Below are positions 60,601 to 64,000 of a stretch of DNA of 64,000 nucleotides, in pieces. The translations under genes and the position numbers were made by a program. Origin of the DNA: Styela clava (lineage: Eukaryota); the NCBI RefSeq assembly GCF_964204865.1, contig NC_135250.1, forward strand, positions 6,696,001-6,760,000, in the 5' to 3' direction. The first letter of the stretch is position 1; each line of letters begins with the position of its first letter. The notes under the pieces were generated by a model. The model did no database searches. It saw only the letters and a program-made list of their open reading frames with translations, and was not told where the DNA came from.

Positions 60601-63600
60601 AAAACATATTAGATTCTTCTGTATTAACAGCCGATTGGCTAGAGGTTTGTTCAGCTCGGAAGTGTATAAACTTCTTTTAAAATCTGGTATTAATTAAAAT
60701 ATAACAAACTTCATCATTTTCAAAACACTTTTAAATAAGTCAGTTCACCTCAAACCAGACCATGAAATGTTCTTGATCATAGCATTTGTACTTGATGCAA
60801 CTTCTGATGATCCACCAACCATCATGTCTGTAAATTCTCTCTGAACTGCATCAAGAGACATCTAGAAATGGTTTCCCATAGAATGAATTAATATAACTTT
60901 ACGAACAAAAAGAAATGATTGATTCACGTATTCTACTAGACCAAACATTACCACTCAGATATCTCAACTAAGACAACTCGACTCACAGATTGGCTATTAC
61001 AATCAATTTCCCAAATAGTGCATCTATGTGCACTCAAAATATATTGACAGTAATATTTGGGGTAAGGATGGGCCAGGATTCAGATCCGGGCGTGGATTTA
61101 ATTTACGCCATTTATTTTTATCTAATTTACGCCTGTGTTTGTACTTTTACCTTCATAAATCTCAATAGATATACCCCAACTGGTTAAAATTCAAGGTTAG
61201 ATCTGTAACAATATCCCCAGTGTGTATTATAAACACTCCTAAAAATGACGACAGATATCCAGATAATATAACGCATGTTAAGGACTATTGATCGCCTATA
61301 ACAGTGATGTTTTTCTCTCTCTCCCTGTCGCCGCCAGTCGCCTTCAAACTTTTTGGTTTACACATGAATAATAAAATATGTGTTGGCGCAATATTTTTTG
61401 AGTCTTCGATTCGCGTAAAGAATAAAGGTGAAACAAGCCCTGGATCAACCCAAGGCGAAATTTATTAATACCTATTTCAAATCGATCTTTTAGGTGCAAT
61501 CTTTTCCTTAAAACGGGAGCAATGGAAAACATGGAGAATTTTAGCATTTTTACATGAACTACTAAATTGCAAGCAGATGTACCACGAGTGGCATCTATCA
61601 TTTGCGCACGCGACATAATAAGTTTACAGCTAAAAGTATATGGAATTATGTAGAAGCATTGTAGTCAAAAGCTTTTTATTTTTTATATTGACATGTAAGA
61701 ATTTCGAAATAGCCGCCTAGAATTAACAGTGGGTGGTGGGCTGGAAATGCAGTTCACAACCAAGGCGCATATTGACTCATGTTTACGTTTGTATTATGGT
61801 CGCCAAAAAAAGGAAAAGTATATTTTTGAAATGATTCAACAGCTACCTGTGGAACCATTAGGCAAGTAACATGAGCTACATCTTATGTTTGTGAGCGCAC
61901 ATTGCTGTAGCTTGGTCAAAAACGTGTCTTTCTGCTTTTTCCTTGTGACGTCACAGACTCGGCAGATTCGATTCAAGACCTTGACTTATTACTCGGATTC
62001 GTCGAATTTCTGTAATGCCGGACTCGTCCCATCCCCAATTTGGGGCCACTTTATTATAATAGAATCAACTTATGAAGAAGTTGAGATAAAAAGGTAAACC
62101 AGTAGTGTGTGTACCAGGATAGGCTTACACCATAGTTTTGTTCCGATTTTTCCTATTTTAGTTCTATTATGAGGACTGTTTGTGTTACCGGGGTAAATAG
62201 GTTTCAGTCCCTTTACACAACTTGATGTAAAATAGGCGAACAAAATCAGTTACCTCCATATTGGTACACATACTTCCGGAGCCTAAAAGTTACCGGTATA
62301 TTTTAAACAGATAACAAAGTTACCTTTAGTTGTTCAATATTAATGTCCTTGAATGCATGTGGATCCTGCCATCCTACATTGATTGGAAACTTTGATCGTA
62401 GACTTACTGCACCATGCAGTAAACATATGTTGTGTAAACAAGGAAGATATTCAGGCCGAGTGGAAGTGGTGAAGATGTCTGCATCGACAACGGTGGAGAA
62501 AAATCGAAGCAGATTGTCTTTCATTCCCTAGATAGAGGAGAAGTTTATTTAGACTAGAAATTATGGAAAATTGAAAAAATAAGGATAAAAACACGTAAAA
62601 TTTTTGCAAATAATTGTGGAATAAAAGAGGCATGTGCTTGTTTGCACGTAGAAGAAAAGCTTGTAATAGAAAAAAGTCATCCACTCTTTCTCACGAGTAC
62701 GAAAATATAGGAAGGTATTAACCTCATCGAAAACAAAAAAATGGGGTACATCATATGACTTAAACATCTCATCAGCTTTCCCCTCCCACGAGATAAATAC
62801 AAAAATAGCAAGTACATACACCACACAATATTTTATAAGCTAGTTTTTTGACTCAAAATCAACAAATAGGTTTTCTGTATAAATGACTTTATCTAATATC
62901 ATCTTGATAACTGGGAACTAACAAGACCAAACAAACATTTTAACACAGCACAAGAAAAAAGTTATATTCTGATGGAGATCAAAGCATATAAGGTGACCGA
63001 ATCGTATGAAAATCCATACCTCATACAATATTAATAAAATCTTTTTATTTAACATTACCTTGGGGTGATCAATCACAAGCTTTATAGATGTATGTAACAA
63101 TGGGTCAGGAAGAGCATTGGCTCTTGCTGAACAAGATAAAAACAATCGGAAGTTTGCATGAGCATCTCTGCTTGATCCGTGACTCGTAAGTGATGATGCA
63201 TTGTTGTTACTTTGTGATACAATCGAGTAAACGGTGTTTAGAAGATTCTTGTTAAGTTGGACATTGTGCAAAAGTAGCCACGTTCCCTTGAAATAGATTT
63301 AAACAATATTAATGTAAGGCAATTTTTTAACAAAACAGATTTTTTTAACATTTTTTTATGAAGTTCAAATTGGTAATGATACGAGACAACAAAAAGGTTT
63401 TGTTACAAATCCTCTCATATAATTAGTTAGCAGTTTAGTTCAGGCATAAAAGCATTATAACGATACAATTTTCTTATAAAGTGTTCTCTCATCCACACTC
63501 CAAGGCTCTGTGCAAGCATTGATACAGATAGAGCTGAACTGGAATTTTCCTGAGAGATTTTTGAACTATGACACCAGCATAATTCTTCCCAATGCTCTGT

Positions 63601-64000
63601 AAACTAGTTTTGCTTTAGTTTAATCTGGATGTGCAAGTAATTCCAATCCTTTTGCATTGCAAGCTTATACCTGAGTCCGATTTATTATCTATACCTATGA
63701 TGTTACAATGCCCTAACAGCTAGCTTGTGCGAAGTGAACAACGCATGTAATAAGCTCAATTCTTGAAATTACTAGAAAGCCTATGTTAAATAAAAGTGTG
63801 GTAATTAACAAATTCGAATTGTTCATTCTGTGACACAAGTTTGGACGACGACTTTTTTGTATGTCGAAGGTCATTGTATTTCATGTTAGATACTCACATT
63901 ATCCATTGCATTAGAAAGTCCAGTTCGAACTTTCTTTTCTTCTGATGATCCTTCGCCCACGAATTCAATCACTTGTAATTTGATTTCATTGTTTGATTCA
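54613..64000 (-). CDS. Axonemal dynein heavy chain, C-terminal part (AAA6 region and C-terminal domain), divergent DNAH5/DNAH8 (gamma)-like; 5' part outside the window
   Basis: 13 in-phase exons: 64000-63898, 63286-63059, 62527-62324, 60861-60749, 60131-60004, 59784-59619, 58768-58631, 57867-57759, 57683-57577, 57065-56843, 56378-56217, 55514-55330, 54757-54613. Motifs GTWLLLHNVQL, HANFRLFLS, ELTYGNYVTNAND, ERIKKIGGQTTFNLFLHKE, KIPQRW, YWLGAFFNP, PPSEGIFIHGVYLWG, YSCPVF, RWALRG. Confidence 0.9.
55850..56030. mobile_element. Intronic MITE
   Basis: CGTACATTTGAACCCA is inverted to TGGGTTCAAATGTACG, with repeated GGGTTCAAAT. Confidence 0.55.
57974..58171. mobile_element. hAT-type MITE
   Basis: CAGTGGTTCTTAACCT ... 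AGGTTAAGAA with TTACCCC subterminal motifs. Confidence 0.55.
60240..60544. mobile_element. hAT-type MITE with intact TSD
   Basis: TIR CAATGGTTCTCAAAC/GTTTGAGAACCACTG and perfect 8-bp TSD AGCTAGAG (60232-60239, 60545-60552). Confidence 0.85.
62101..62283. mobile_element. Intronic MITE (same family as 41894 and 31545-31745)
   Basis: GTAGTGTGTGTACCAGG...TTGGTACACATACTTCCGGAGC. The interior is an inverted match to ~31545-31730. Confidence 0.6.

Overview
AT-rich, intron-rich eukaryotic (animal) DNA. Compact GT-AG introns and the repeat content suggest an invertebrate chordate such as an ascidian, but that is inference. From left to right: (1) a 588-bp tandem direct repeat (1-837) whose two units each carry a minimal type-I hammerhead-ribozyme motif, as in Penelope-like element pLTRs or retrozymes; (2) part of an unrecognised multi-exon minus-strand gene (~944-2774); (3) a complete 4-exon proteasome beta-2 gene, PSMB2 (5463-7621); (4) a ~28-kb birth-and-death cluster of HSD17B8/FabG-like short-chain dehydrogenases with intronless CDSs (six intact ORFs, one truncated copy, two frameshifted pseudogenes, two almost fully deleted remnants) in mixed orientation, with mosaic (gene-conversion-like) sequence and a hypervariable substrate loop; (5) a complete minus-strand secreted matrix-protein gene (signal peptide, Sushi, ~10 cbEGF, GCC2/ephrin-like, HYR, mucin-like; 39573-51748); (6) the 3' end of a divergent DNAH5/8-like axonemal dynein heavy chain (54613 to beyond 64000, minus). 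Interspersed are many non-autonomous hAT elements, other MITEs and a tRNA-derived SINE. Exon boundaries were read by eye and checked for splice phase where stated; no database searches were run.
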